Shown: positions 46,809 through 57,240, counted from the first letter of the stretch. The stretch: DNA of 64,000 nucleotides from Candidatus Enterousia sp. (GCA_045637165.1 JAZTYU010000009.1:17456-81455); one strand, 5' to 3'. Translations and numbers: made by a program. The notes: generated from the sequence alone by a model not told the origin.

Positions 46809-47761
46809 TTATCCCCCCTAAATAATTCCAAGACCCGTTGACGAACATTTTCCATTGAATCCCGCACAACCGCCCCAGCAGCACGTTCATGACCACCACC
46901 ACCCAACGCCACCGCAATTTGGTCGATTGGTTTATTTCGACTGCGAATCGATATACCAATCTGTTCAGGCTTTTGTTCCTTTAACAAGACAACATAATCC
47001 ACGCCTTGGATTTGTCCTAACAAACTCAAAATCATTTCACCACGTCCGTCCAGATATTTATAATCCTTTTTACACACAGTCGCCAACGCCAAACGCCCAT
47101 GATAGAAAAATTCTGCATTTGCGGTTGTTCTTGCCTCCAACTGAACAGACTTACGTGGTTTATTTGCCATCAGTTCAATCAACGCACGAATATTTACCCC
47201 ACTATCAACCAAATCCGCAGCAATTCTCAACGCATCACCATTACGGCAAAACTTAAAATTACCTGTATCAGTCAAAATCCCCAACATCAATAAATCCGCC
47301 GTAAAGGAATCCATATACAATCCCTCAATCCGCATCATCTTATAAACAATCACTGCGGTTGCAGCAGCATTTTCATCATTTATACACAACTGCCCAATAT
47401 TGTTATCATTTTTATGATGGTCAATTTCAACGACAAACCTTGCCTTGTCAACAATCGGCTGCCCCCCACCAACATGAACAGGATTGCCATAGTCCATAAC
47501 AATTGCCAAATCAAACGGCTGTGACATATCAACACGTTCAAAGTATTTTATTCTGGGACGCAACGGCACATTATCCAGCACATCAGGGATATTCCCATCA
47601 TACAAACACACAGGACGAATACCGAAATTTTTTTCAATCAGATTTGCCAACGCCAACACACTGCACAACGAATCACCATCAGGATTTTTATGCCCCATAA
47701 TTGCAATTGTTTTTGCATTTCTTACACGTTCAAAAAATTCTTGTATCTTTTGTTCCATCAC
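46805..47761 (-). CDS. nrnA: DHH-family phosphoesterase NrnA (oligoribonuclease/pAp phosphatase)
   Basis: DHH motifs (MGHKNPDGDSLCS, DHH) and DHHA1 (GGGHERAAGA). Confidence 0.65.
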   Translation of the reverse strand: MMEQKIQEFFERVRNAKTIAIMGHKNPDGDSLCSVLALANLIEKNFGIRPVCLYDGNIPDVLDNVPLRPRIKYFERVDMSQPFDLAIVMDYGNPVHVGGGQPIVDKARFVVEIDHHKNDNNIGQLCINDENAAATAVIVYKMMRIEGLYMDSFTADLLMLGILTDTGNFKFCRNGDALRIAADLVDSGVNIRALIELMANKPRKSVQLEARTTANAEFFYHGRLALATVCKKDYKYLDGRGEMILSLLGQIQGVDYVVLLKEQKPEQIGISIRSRNKPIDQIAVALGGGGHERAAGAVVRDSMENVRQRVLELFRGDK

Positions 47762-47775
47762 TATCTTCTATTTTC

Positions 47776-49506
47776 CTAGACTGCAATATCTTCCAAAAAG
47801 AATTGTGCACTAACACTACCCTTGTATTCATTGCATTTCAATCTACCCAACATCATTATTTTAGTGTTTGTGTTTTCATCGTCCAGTAAAAAATCCCCGA
47901 CTGGTGTTCCAACCAAATTAAACCCAACAAAAGGCAATTTTGTTCCTGCACTTGTTTTAACCATACCACGCAAATGATTACCATTACCCATTGTGCTTGC
48001 CCGCATCAAAGACGCCCCCCGCAACACTAACACTGGTTCTGGATTCCCCTGTCCAAACGGCTCCATCGCAGACAACAAATTAAACAGTCGCATATTTGCC
48101 GCCCCTGCATCCAACTCTGCATCAACCAAGACCTGTGGTGCTGGCACCTGACCATTTAACTGTTCAACAACCGCATTTTCCAAGAATTTGCAAAATTCTT
48201 CTTCTTTTTCCACAGGCAACGAAAACCCTGCAGCGGCTGCATGTCCACCACCTTCGCTAACAATACCCTTGGCCAATGCATCATGAATAATTTTACCCAA
48301 ATCAACCCCCGGTATTGAACGCCCAGACCCATTTACAACACCATCTACCCTGGTTGCTACGCACGATGGCAGATTATATTTATCCTTTAATCGCCCTGCA
48401 ATAATCCCCATAACACCACCGTGCCACTTATCACCACAAATAAACAAACTGCACTTTCCCGTTGCACAACATTTTTCAGCCATTTCCGTTGCTGTCAACA
48501 TAATTGCATTTTGAATACCGATTCGTTCTTTGTTCATATCATGCAACTTCTCGGCCAATACATCAGCAATCAACGCATTATCAGTCAACAACAAATCCAA
48601 CGCTGGTGCCGCAGAATCCAAACGCCCCGCTGCATTTAACCGTGGTCCTAATGCAAAACCTGCCGCATATACTGACGAATGTTGAATATTTGCTTTTTCC
48701 ATCAACTTGGTCAACCCCAAGTTTTGTTTCTTTCCCAGAATTTTCAACCCCGTTGCAACAAATGCCCTATTTAATTCAATCAATGGCATCGTATCACAAA
48801 TCGTCCCCAACGCCACCAGGTCTGTATAATTTATCAGTTCTGATTTGTCGACCCCAAACCCATTGGCATTCAGTTCCCTATTGACCGCCACAACAGTTAA
48901 AAAAGCAACCCCAACACCTGCCAAATATGATAACCCTGAATCATCATCACTACGTTTTGGATTTACCACTGCATCTGCATCTGGCAAAACAGAATCAGGC
49001 GAATGATGGTCTGTCACCACCACTTTAAGTCCTAATTTTTTTGCACACAAAACTTCTTCGACACCACTGATACCACAATCAACAGTAATCAATAACTTTG
49101 CACCTGTTTGTGCAATTTCTTCAACAGCGACATTATTTAGCCCATACCCTTCACCTTCACGGGTTGGCAAGTGCCACATAACATCAACACCCAACGCCCG
49201 CAAATACTTTACGAACACCGCAGTTGACGTAATACCATCAACGTCATAGTCCCCATAAATAGCAATTTTTTCTTTATTTATAACAGATTCTGCAATAATT
49301 TTTGCAGCCTTATCCATATCCTTTAATACAGACGGGTCAGGCATATACCCCTTGATACAAGGGTTTAAAAATTTTTGAATATCGCTATCTGTTTCGATTC
49401 CACGCCGGATTAAAATTTTTTTTAATAAATCGTCCCCAGCCCCCAGCACATCACCATCTGCCACCCAGGCTTTACCCAGCTTGGATTTCTCTACTATCTT
49501 ATTCAA
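47776..49506 (-). CDS. recJ: Single-stranded-DNA-specific exonuclease RecJ
   Basis: DHH phosphoesterase motifs (IYGDYDVDGITS, VTDHH) and DHHA1 (GGGHAAAAG); 576 aa. Confidence 0.85.
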   Translation of the reverse strand: MNKIVEKSKLGKAWVADGDVLGAGDDLLKKILIRRGIETDSDIQKFLNPCIKGYMPDPSVLKDMDKAAKIIAESVINKEKIAIYGDYDVDGITSTAVFVKYLRALGVDVMWHLPTREGEGYGLNNVAVEEIAQTGAKLLITVDCGISGVEEVLCAKKLGLKVVVTDHHSPDSVLPDADAVVNPKRSDDDSGLSYLAGVGVAFLTVVAVNRELNANGFGVDKSELINYTDLVALGTICDTMPLIELNRAFVATGLKILGKKQNLGLTKLMEKANIQHSSVYAAGFALGPRLNAAGRLDSAAPALDLLLTDNALIADVLAEKLHDMNKERIGIQNAIMLTATEMAEKCCATGKCSLFICGDKWHGGVMGIIAGRLKDKYNLPSCVATRVDGVVNGSGRSIPGVDLGKIIHDALAKGIVSEGGGHAAAAGFSLPVEKEEEFCKFLENAVVEQLNGQVPAPQVLVDAELDAGAANMRLFNLLSAMEPFGQGNPEPVLVLRGASLMRASTMGNGNHLRGMVKTSAGTKLPFVGFNLVGTPVGDFLLDDENTNTKIMMLGRLKCNEYKGSVSAQFFLEDIAV

Positions 49507-49549
49507 CTTCTGCTCTTTTTTTTATTATCAGCAGCATTATAATCAAAAA

Positions 49550-51181
49550 TTATTCAAATAGCAACGGCAGGATACTATCAAGAATTTTTCCCGTTGTTGG
49601 CACGGCATTCCACGCTGCTGTCCGCCACCCCCAAGATTCTTTTGTTCCCTGCGGTTCGTCCAACACGACCAAAATAGTATATTGTGGTGCATTCACCGGA
49701 AAGATTCCAACAAAGGCCGTAATATTTTTCTTTCTATCAATTTTTCCATTGATAATTTTTTCAGCAGTTGCTGTTTTTCCACCGATTTGAATACCTGCAA
49801 CCCTGGCCTGTTTACCACTGGTTTCCTCGGCAACTCGCAACATAATTGGTCGCAACTTTGCAGAAATTTCATCCGCTAACACACGTTCGCCACGCACGAC
49901 CCCAACACTTCTTTTTTGCAACGTTGGATAGATATAAATACCACCATTTGTAACTGCATTTACGGCCAACATCAAATGCATCGGCGTCACAGCATACCCA
50001 TGTCCAAAAGACACGGTTGCCCGTTCGACCTGGCCCCATTTACGTTGTGGAATAGAATTTTCTGTGCGTCCAAATTCCAAACTCAACGCCTTGTCCATAT
50101 TCAAGCGTTCAAAAAATTCTTTTTGTGTTCCATCTGGCAAATCCAACGCAATTTGGGCACTTCCCGCATTACAAGAATGAACCATAATTTCTTCAACTGT
50201 CAGATGTGGGCGTGGCGGTTTGAAACTGCGTACATCACTAATTCTAGCTGCGACCCGTCCAAATTTGTCCAAAATTTTGAACGGTTCTTTGACATAATAT
50301 TCCTTGTCGATACCATTTTCCAACGCCATTGCGGTATTAAATATTTTGAATATAGACCCCATTTCATAAACACTACGCATTGGCTTGAACAAGCGATTTC
50401 CAACCGGGTCTGCTGACAGATTTTCCGGATCATAGTCCGGCAAAGACACCATTGCAATCATCTCGCCTGTTCGGGCATTCATCAGCATCCCCATCGCAGC
50501 CTTGGTCTGATATTTTTGCATTGCAAATGACAATTGGTCATAGAACACAGCCTGAATTCTTGAATCCAAACTCAACCGCAACGGGTCTTTATTTTCCTTT
50601 AAATAGTCATTATAAACTCTCTCGGCCCCTTCCAGTCCATTACCATCAGCACCGACGAACCCGACCACATGTGAAAACAGTCTTCGTTTTGGATATTTTC
50701 TGGTTTGAATACGTTCAATTTCCAAACCTTCCAATCGTGCTTTTTTAATAATTTCACGTTGGCTATCGCTGGCATACTTTTTCAATCTAACGAATCGTCT
50801 GTCTGAATTTACCAGCTCTATTGCTTCGGCCAAAGAATACTCATACGGCAACGCCTGATGAATTGTTTGTGCGACCGCATCTCTATCCTTTTCACGCACG
50901 GCCCTATTACGCAAGATGATATGCCCTGACTCAACATTTTTTGCCAAGATATCGCCATTTCTATCCACAATATCAGCACGTTGAACAGCCCACTCTCCGT
51001 CCGAGCCTGCCAATCTTGTTCTATCCGTTCCCTGGATACCCAACTGCAATGTCCGTCCAATAAATCCCGCAAACATCACCAAGAAAGCCAAGTGCATAAT
51101 CCACAATCTGCTGCGTGCAGTTGCATCACTTTTTGCACCTGAAACCCCATGCCTAAAAATATCCTTACCGACTTCGAACAT
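49550..51181 (-). CDS. ftsI: Class B penicillin-binding protein, peptidoglycan D,D-transpeptidase FtsI
   Basis: N-terminal TM; dimerisation domain; transpeptidase motifs SIFK (SxxK), SCN (SxN), KTAT (KTG-like); directly downstream of ftsL. Confidence 0.75.
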   Translation of the reverse strand: MFEVGKDIFRHGVSGAKSDATARSRLWIMHLAFLVMFAGFIGRTLQLGIQGTDRTRLAGSDGEWAVQRADIVDRNGDILAKNVESGHIILRNRAVREKDRDAVAQTIHQALPYEYSLAEAIELVNSDRRFVRLKKYASDSQREIIKKARLEGLEIERIQTRKYPKRRLFSHVVGFVGADGNGLEGAERVYNDYLKENKDPLRLSLDSRIQAVFYDQLSFAMQKYQTKAAMGMLMNARTGEMIAMVSLPDYDPENLSADPVGNRLFKPMRSVYEMGSIFKIFNTAMALENGIDKEYYVKEPFKILDKFGRVAARISDVRSFKPPRPHLTVEEIMVHSCNAGSAQIALDLPDGTQKEFFERLNMDKALSLEFGRTENSIPQRKWGQVERATVSFGHGYAVTPMHLMLAVNAVTNGGIYIYPTLQKRSVGVVRGERVLADEISAKLRPIMLRVAEETSGKQARVAGIQIGGKTATAEKIINGKIDRKKNITAFVGIFPVNAPQYTILVVLDEPQGTKESWGWRTAAWNAVPTTGKILDSILPLLFE

Positions 51182-51474
51182 TAGATTTCATCCCTTAGTG
51201 GCAAATCATTTATTGTAACAAATTTATTAAATCCGATTGCTTCTGATTTTGGTTCAACATTTACAACCAAATTACGTAAAATTTCTGGTCTAACATACGA
51301 TGCAAAATTAGCCTCTGCAACTGCGATTTTTTGTTGTGTCTGGACGATTTCCCGCCTTGTTCGATTCATTTGACGATTTTGTGTTCTAAATGCGACCTGT
51401 AAAATCACCGTCATCAACAGCACAACCCCCATTGACCAAATACCAATCTGAAACATTTTCTCATCATCACGCAT
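51181..51474 (-). CDS. ftsL: Cell division protein FtsL
   Basis: 97 aa bitopic protein (TM then coiled coil) immediately upstream of ftsI. Confidence 0.6.
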   Translation of the reverse strand: MRDDEKMFQIGIWSMGVVLLMTVILQVAFRTQNRQMNRTRREIVQTQQKIAVAEANFASYVRPEILRNLVVNVEPKSEAIGFNKFVTINDLPLRDEI

Positions 51475-51510
51475 TGCCCCACCCCCGTCAGACTACTTGT
51501 CCGCATTTTA

Positions 51511-51882
51511 TCATAAATTTTTCAAAAAACGAATCATAGAATTCACACCATTTAACCTGCCCACCCCCAGATTCAAATCCAGCGACATAAATTCAGAATC
51601 CAAGTCCATATTTTTTATCTGTTCTGGTGTTTTTCCATCAACCATTGCGATAATAATTGCAACAATTCCCCGCACTAACCCCGAATCGGCTGTTGCATAA
51701 AAATTATTTTCTTTGCGACAAATCTGAACAAACGATGCACACCCTTTGATTTCAGAGCACACCGCCCCATCAGGAATTGCAACCAACCCACGCCCCAGTT
51801 CCATAACAAACTCTAATTTTTCTATTGGGCTTTGCAGCAGTGATAATGCATTTTTTATTTCATCATATGTCATAACTACCAC
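51511..51882 (-). CDS. sufE: Sulfur acceptor SufE
   Basis: Conserved active-site Cys context SEIKGCASFVQI; 123 aa. Confidence 0.7.
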   Translation of the reverse strand: MVVMTYDEIKNALSLLQSPIEKLEFVMELGRGLVAIPDGAVCSEIKGCASFVQICRKENNFYATADSGLVRGIVAIIIAMVDGKTPEQIKNMDLDSEFMSLDLNLGVGRLNGVNSMIRFLKNL

Positions 51883-52190
51883 CCCTGATTTGTCAAATCC
51901 AGTTCCAGTCGTGCCTCGTCAGACATACGACTTAAATCCCACGGTGGGTCCCAAACCAAATCAACCCGCACAGGCGTTGTCCCTGTAATATTCTGAACGA
52001 CACTACGCACCTGTTCTAACAATTCTTCCATCATTGGACAGGTTGGACTGGTAAACGTCATCTGCAACACAACAATATCATCTGATATATCAATATTATA
52101 AATCAAACCCATATCCCAAATATTTACTGGGATTTCTGGGTCATATATTGTTTTTAGTCCTGCTATAATATCGTCTTTTGTCCACGTCAT
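51876..52190 (-). CDS. sufT: Fe-S assembly factor SufT (DUF59 / MIP18 family)
   Basis: IYDPEIPVNIWDMGLIY...TSPTCP is the DUF59 signature. Confidence 0.7.
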   Translation of the reverse strand: MTWTKDDIIAGLKTIYDPEIPVNIWDMGLIYNIDISDDIVVLQMTFTSPTCPMMEELLEQVRSVVQNITGTTPVRVDLVWDPPWDLSRMSDEARLELDLTNQGW

Positions 52191-53275
52191 TTCACAATAT
52201 CTTTTATTATATCAACAACTGCTTTTACTTCTTCGATTGTATTGTATGCACCAACAGAAATCCGAATCGTCCCAGGCACACCTAACGCCTTGTGAATCCA
52301 TGCGGCACACATTTGCCCAACCCGAACACAAACATTTCTTGCCCCCAGCATCGCCCCAACGTCCAAGCAATGCATACCATCAACTACAAAAGACAACACC
52401 GCTGCCCCATCAGGGGACAGAACACGCACCTTGTCTAATTTTAATAATTCATCACGCATATATTTTATCAGTGATAAATCAGGTCGATTTTTTTCAATTT
52501 CATCAACAGCAACTGCCAAACCTGCAATTTGTGTCAACGGCAAAGTCCCTGCCTCGAACCGCTCTGGAACATTTGCCAATTTCCAATCAAACCCCTCAAC
52601 AGTTTGAACCATACCACCGCCAAACTTATCAGGACTAAACGCCCCAGGATTTTTTATATACAAAATCCCGACCCCTGTATCAGCACCAATTTTATGTCCT
52701 GAAAAGACGATAAAATCAGCCCCCCATTTTTCTGCATCTATTTTTTCATGAACAACATATTGTGCCGCATCAACCACAACGATGACGCTTGGATTTTTTT
52801 CACGTGCCGTGCGTATAATTTCTTGAACTTTTTGTGGAACGCCCAACACATTAGACATCGCCGTCAAAACCAAAACATCTGCCCCTGGAATTTTTTCAAT
52901 ATCAAAATTATATTGTGCATCCAACGGACACACACGAACATTTACACCCCGTGCCACCCACGGCAAACAGGCACTGTGATGATCCAAATCCGACATCGCA
53001 ACCATTGTCGATTTATCAGGACCAAGCATTGCAACAACCCTGTTCATACCGTCTGTTGTCCCTGACGTAAAGACAATATTTTCTGGCCCTGCACCAATAA
53101 AATCTGCAACCCGACGACGAACATTATCAATCATATTATCCACAGCCACTGCCCTGGCACAAACCCCCCGTCCAGCATTAGCATAATTATTCTGCAAAAA
53201 ATCAACCTGTGCATTGATAACGGCACTTGATTTCAGATAACTTGCAGCAGCATCTAAGTATATGATTTTATTCAT
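52187..53275 (-). CDS. sufS: Cysteine desulfurase (class V aminotransferase, SufS-like, short form)
   Basis: PLP lysine SGHKIG; active-site Cys context VRVGQMCAAW; operon with sufT and sufE. Confidence 0.7.
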   Translation of the reverse strand: MNKIIYLDAAASYLKSSAVINAQVDFLQNNYANAGRGVCARAVAVDNMIDNVRRRVADFIGAGPENIVFTSGTTDGMNRVVAMLGPDKSTMVAMSDLDHHSACLPWVARGVNVRVCPLDAQYNFDIEKIPGADVLVLTAMSNVLGVPQKVQEIIRTAREKNPSVIVVVDAAQYVVHEKIDAEKWGADFIVFSGHKIGADTGVGILYIKNPGAFSPDKFGGGMVQTVEGFDWKLANVPERFEAGTLPLTQIAGLAVAVDEIEKNRPDLSLIKYMRDELLKLDKVRVLSPDGAAVLSFVVDGMHCLDVGAMLGARNVCVRVGQMCAAWIHKALGVPGTIRISVGAYNTIEEVKAVVDIIKDIVK

Positions 53276-53349
53276 TTATGATTTCTCTTGCATTTTATGG
53301 TGATTATAATACACTCTTGCCGAATATCAATAACAGAAAGGAGAAAAAT

Positions 53350-53667
53350 ATGGCACTAGAACATGCAACTGACGCAACATTTGACAGTATGATTGGCACT
53401 GGCATAACATTGGTTGATTTCTGGGCTGTTTGGTGTGGTCCATGCCGTATGTTTGGTCCAATTTTTGAATCAACATCTGAAAAAACCAACGATGCAAAAT
53501 TTGTAAAATTTGAAATTGACGAATCGAATCGTCGCACACCTGCGAAATACGGAATCCGCAGCATACCATCTGTTTTGGCATTTAAAAATGGCGAACTGGT
53601 CGAAGCACGCACAGGTGTTATGGACGAAGAAACATTACTATCCTGGATTCAAGAACTAAAAGGTTAA
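53350..53667 (+). CDS. trxA: Thioredoxin
   Basis: WCGPC active site; 105 aa from the ATG at 53350 (ORF track starts earlier at 53278). Confidence 0.9.
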   Translation: MALEHATDATFDSMIGTGITLVDFWAVWCGPCRMFGPIFESTSEKTNDAKFVKFEIDESNRRTPAKYGIRSIPSVLAFKNGELVEARTGVMDEETLLSWIQELKG

Positions 53668-53671
53668 AACA

Positions 53672-54130
53672 ATGTCATCACAAGATTACAAGACGCTTGA
53701 ACTACCTGCCAACTACAAACCTAAAAAGAGCGAGCCATACATGTGCCCGATGCAGTTGGCGTATTTCTATCGCATTTTAATGGCCCAGAAAGAAGAAATT
53801 CAAAACAGCAAAGAATCTGTTTTAAATGCTGTTCGATTGGCTGAAAAAACCGATTCGCTGGGTGTTGGCGATGAATCTGACAACGCCACATTTAACCAAG
53901 ACATCACAATGGATTTGCGTATGTATGACCGCAACAATAAATTGATGCAAAAAATTGATATTGCATTAACACGCATTGAAAACAGCACAAATCCAGACCT
54001 GGACACATCCAAAAAATATGGTTACAGCGTTGTTTCTGGTGATGAAATCGGCATTCAACGAATGCTGGCACGACCATTGGCAACAATGACCGTTGACGAG
54101 CAAGAAGAATACGAAGCCCGCAAGAACTAA
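53672..54130 (+). CDS. dksA: DksA/TraR-family transcription factor lacking the Cys4 zinc finger
   Basis: Coiled-coil region with acidic tip residues (GDESDNATFNQD) and a C-terminal DksA-like segment with no Cys. Confidence 0.55.
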   Translation: MSSQDYKTLELPANYKPKKSEPYMCPMQLAYFYRILMAQKEEIQNSKESVLNAVRLAEKTDSLGVGDESDNATFNQDITMDLRMYDRNNKLMQKIDIALTRIENSTNPDLDTSKKYGYSVVSGDEIGIQRMLARPLATMTVDEQEEYEARKN

Positions 54131-54137
54131 ACAAAAT

Positions 54138-54166
54138 TCCCCCAAACGGGGCAATTTTTTATTTTT
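54138..54166. terminator. Bidirectional intrinsic terminator (dksA / tatA)
   Basis: ccccc-aaac-ggggc followed by a T-run; an A-run precedes it on the other strand. Confidence 0.7.
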
Positions 54167-54353
54167 TCTTTGATTGCACTTTTTTCTTCACAGGTGCTTT
54201 CTTTTCTGTTTTTTTGGAATCAGACTTTATTTCTTTCTTAAAGATATTCAATCCATCTGCCAAATTTTTCATCATTCCTGGTATTTTGTTATGTCCAAAC
54301 AAAATTATAACCAAGACAACAATTAAAAGAATTTCCATCCAACCTAATCTCAT
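54159..54353 (-). CDS. tatA: Sec-independent translocase TatA/E
   Basis: MRLGWMEILLIVVLVIILFGHNKIPGMMKNLADGLNIFKKE matches the TatA N-terminal TM plus amphipathic helix; Lys-rich tail. Confidence 0.7.
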   Translation of the reverse strand: MRLGWMEILLIVVLVIILFGHNKIPGMMKNLADGLNIFKKEIKSDSKKTEKKAPVKKKVQSKKK

Positions 54354-54367
54354 CGTTCGTCCTTTTC

Positions 54368-55195
54368 TTATTTTGCTACATAACAATCCAACCCATCAGA
54401 TTTTGCATTGCGACAAAATCCATTTGCATCATTAGATGTCTTGAACGCTACACGCAATCTATACGTCGTTTTTCCATCTTTTAACTGTGCTGCCAAGATA
54501 ACAAACTGATGTCCATCAAACAAACTTTTGTGTGCATTTTGAATCTGACGCTGTGCATTTTCTGCCAATGCACGTGTGCTGTATGAACCAAACTGAACAT
54601 ACCAGGCCCCTGCAACTGGTTTTGCCACTGGCTTTGCAGCTGTTGTTTTCACTGCTGGTTTTGCAACCGACTTTGCAGCCGGCTTTGATGCAGACACAGT
54701 CGGCTTTGCCGCCACAGGTTTTGGTTTTTCTACAACCTTTGGTGCAGGTTCCGCAACAGCTTTTTCTGGACTAAATACCACTTCTTTTCTTTCTTCAATT
54801 ACACGCACAGGCACACCTGCTGTCTGCTGTGGTTGTGGCTGTGCCACTGGTTGTGGTTGCGGTTGTGGTTTTGGATGCACAACCTGTTGCGGTTGTGGCA
54901 CAACATTTACCGGCTGCACAGGTGGCATAACATTCATATCAACTGGCACTGGTTGCCCTGCCCCACTATCCACCATCACAGGCACATCTAAATCAACATC
55001 AATTGACGAAGACGTTTCATCACCAATTGCCTGAATGATGATATACGTTGCCAAAACAATAACCACCAACCCAATTGTCAACAACAACCACGGTTTTTTT
55101 GGACGTGGGTTTACAAACGGCGTTGCATCAGGCAACGTATCCATTGCCCCATTATCGTCTAAATCTAATAAATCCAAGTTATTATCATCATTCAT
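54368..55195 (-). CDS. SPOR-domain protein (DedD/FtsN-like septal peptidoglycan binding)
   Basis: N-terminal TM; Pro/Gln-rich linker; C-terminal SPOR domain (WYVQFGSYSTRALAENAQRQIQ...YRLRVAFKTSNDANGFCRNA). Confidence 0.7.
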   Translation of the reverse strand: MNDDNNLDLLDLDDNGAMDTLPDATPFVNPRPKKPWLLLTIGLVVIVLATYIIIQAIGDETSSSIDVDLDVPVMVDSGAGQPVPVDMNVMPPVQPVNVVPQPQQVVHPKPQPQPQPVAQPQPQQTAGVPVRVIEERKEVVFSPEKAVAEPAPKVVEKPKPVAAKPTVSASKPAAKSVAKPAVKTTAAKPVAKPVAGAWYVQFGSYSTRALAENAQRQIQNAHKSLFDGHQFVILAAQLKDGKTTYRLRVAFKTSNDANGFCRNAKSDGLDCYVAK

Positions 55196-55273
55196 GATAA
55201 AATCCCCCCATATTTCATTATGGACATTATATCATAAAAAAAGCCAAAGACAAAACGCTTTGGCTTACTTTTT

Positions 55274-55417
55274 TTAGTTTGGCATTTGCCCAAAATTTGG
55301 TGGCACAATCAACTTATGATTTTGTTCGACAATTGGTTCGACTTCGCACTTTTTTGCACAGCCCCCACAAATCACAGACAAAATCCCCAACACACACACA
55401 ACCAAGATTTTTTTCAT
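55274..55417 (-). CDS. Small secreted/lipo-peptide (47 aa), hypothetical
   Basis: MKKILVVCVLGILSVICGGCAKKCEVEPIVEQNHKLIVPPNFGQMPN with SD GGGGGAAAAG upstream. It is below the 60-aa cutoff, so it is not in the ORF track. Confidence 0.3.
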   Translation of the reverse strand: MKKILVVCVLGILSVICGGCAKKCEVEPIVEQNHKLIVPPNFGQMPN

Positions 55418-55435
55418 CTTTTCCCCCTTTTTTTT

Positions 55436-55458
55436 CAAAAGGGGTGGTTTCCCACCCC
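55436..55458 (-). terminator. Terminator after thrS
   Basis: ggggtgg-tttc-ccacccc hairpin followed by UUUUG on the minus strand. Confidence 0.5.
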
Positions 55459-55463
55459 TAAAA

Positions 55464-57197
55464 TTACAATGGCATTTTCACAGCATTTTTCATCATTTCA
55501 ATGAATTCTGCCATTGGCATAACTTCCTGTTTTTCAACGCCCAAGCGACGCAGAGTAACATTTTTATCAGCCATTTCTTTTTCACCAACAATTGCGATAA
55601 TTGGTGTTTTTGCCAACGACAATTCACGGATTTTATAGTTTACTTTTTCATCACGCAAATCTGCACGTGCATTTACACCAGCACCACGCAATTGTGCAAC
55701 AATTTCATTTGCATACTGTGCATATTTTTCTGAAATTGGTGCAACAACGACTGGTTCTGGACTCAGCCACAATGGCAAATTACCACCTGTTGATTCCAAC
55801 AGCACACCCATAAATCTTTCAATAGACCCCAACATTGCACGATGCAACATAATTGGGCGATGTTTTTCACCATCTTCACCAACGTATGACAAATCGAATC
55901 GTTCTGGCAGATTCATATCCAACTGCACAGTTCCACACTGCCATACACGCCCCATAGAATCTTTCAGATAATTATCAATCTTTGGTCCATAGAACGCTGC
56001 ATCACCTTCGGCGATTTCGTATTCAATACCATTTGCGTCCAGTGCGTGCTTTAATGCCCCTTCGGCCTTGTCCCAAATTTCATCAGATGCAATACGAAAT
56101 TCAGATTCTTTACGTGTTGCCAACTTCATTGTGATATTTTCGAAACCGAACTTTCCATAAATATCCTTGATGAACCGCAAAATTTTAACAACTTCCTCTT
56201 CTAATTGTTCTTCTGTGCAGAAAATATGAGCATCGTCCTGCGTAAATTCACGAACACGCATCAATCCCGACAAACCACCTGCTGCCTCATAGCGATGAAC
56301 TTTACCAAATTCCGCCATATACAATGGCAAATCTTTGTATGAACGAAGTCCGTGTCCAAATACCAACATACCACCTGGACAAGACATTGGTTTAATACAG
56401 AACACTTTCCCGTCCTGTGTTTTACCAGAATAATTATGTTCGCCATATTTTGCCCAGTGCCCACTGCGTTCCCACAAACATCTGTCCATAACAGCAGGCG
56501 TTGAAATTTCCTGATACCCCGCCAATTCTTGACGATGACGGACATATTCAATCAATTTGCGATACATTTTGTATCCCTTGTCATGCCAGAACACAGACCC
56601 TGGTGCATATTCTGGTTCAAAATGGAACAAGTCCATATCTTTCCCCAGTTTGCGGTTATCACGTGCTGCGGCCTCTTCCTGCATTTTCAAGAAATTATCC
56701 AATTCTTCTTTTGTTGCAAATGCATCAACATAAATACGCTGCAACATTTTATTTTTTGCATCACCTTTCCAATAGGCCCCTGCAACACTACGGATTTTGA
56801 ACGCATCACGTGGCAAATCCTTAGAACTTTCAACGTGTGGTCCACGGCACAAGTCAACAAAATCACGGAAAGTATAAATTGACAAGGCCTCGCCTGCGGC
56901 ATCATATTCATTTAACCATTCCATTTTATATGGTTGATTTGCAAAAATTTCTTTAGCTTCATCTAACGAAACATTTTTCTGTTCAAAACGCCCATTAGAC
57001 TTGATTAAATCACGCATTTCCTTTTCGATTTGTGCAAAATCTTCTTCGGAAAAGCGATATTCTGTATCAAAGTCATAATAGAACCCATTTTCAATTGCTG
57101 GCCCCCCTGCGAATTTAACATCTGGGTGTAATTTTTTAACTGCGGCTGCCATAACATGTGCCAGCGAATGACGAATCAATTCAATATCATACGACAT
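55464..57197 (-). CDS. thrS: Threonyl-tRNA synthetase lacking the N-terminal TGS (N1) domain
   Basis: Begins with the editing (N2) domain HSLAH motif, class II catalytic core and C-terminal anticodon-binding domain. 577 aa versus ~640 usual. Confidence 0.9.
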   Translation of the reverse strand: MSYDIELIRHSLAHVMAAAVKKLHPDVKFAGGPAIENGFYYDFDTEYRFSEEDFAQIEKEMRDLIKSNGRFEQKNVSLDEAKEIFANQPYKMEWLNEYDAAGEALSIYTFRDFVDLCRGPHVESSKDLPRDAFKIRSVAGAYWKGDAKNKMLQRIYVDAFATKEELDNFLKMQEEAAARDNRKLGKDMDLFHFEPEYAPGSVFWHDKGYKMYRKLIEYVRHRQELAGYQEISTPAVMDRCLWERSGHWAKYGEHNYSGKTQDGKVFCIKPMSCPGGMLVFGHGLRSYKDLPLYMAEFGKVHRYEAAGGLSGLMRVREFTQDDAHIFCTEEQLEEEVVKILRFIKDIYGKFGFENITMKLATRKESEFRIASDEIWDKAEGALKHALDANGIEYEIAEGDAAFYGPKIDNYLKDSMGRVWQCGTVQLDMNLPERFDLSYVGEDGEKHRPIMLHRAMLGSIERFMGVLLESTGGNLPLWLSPEPVVVAPISEKYAQYANEIVAQLRGAGVNARADLRDEKVNYKIRELSLAKTPIIAIVGEKEMADKNVTLRRLGVEKQEVMPMAEFIEMMKNAVKMPL

Positions 57198-57240
57198 AAT
57201 AAAATCCTTATGCTTTTTTGTTTTTTGTTTTTATTTGATT

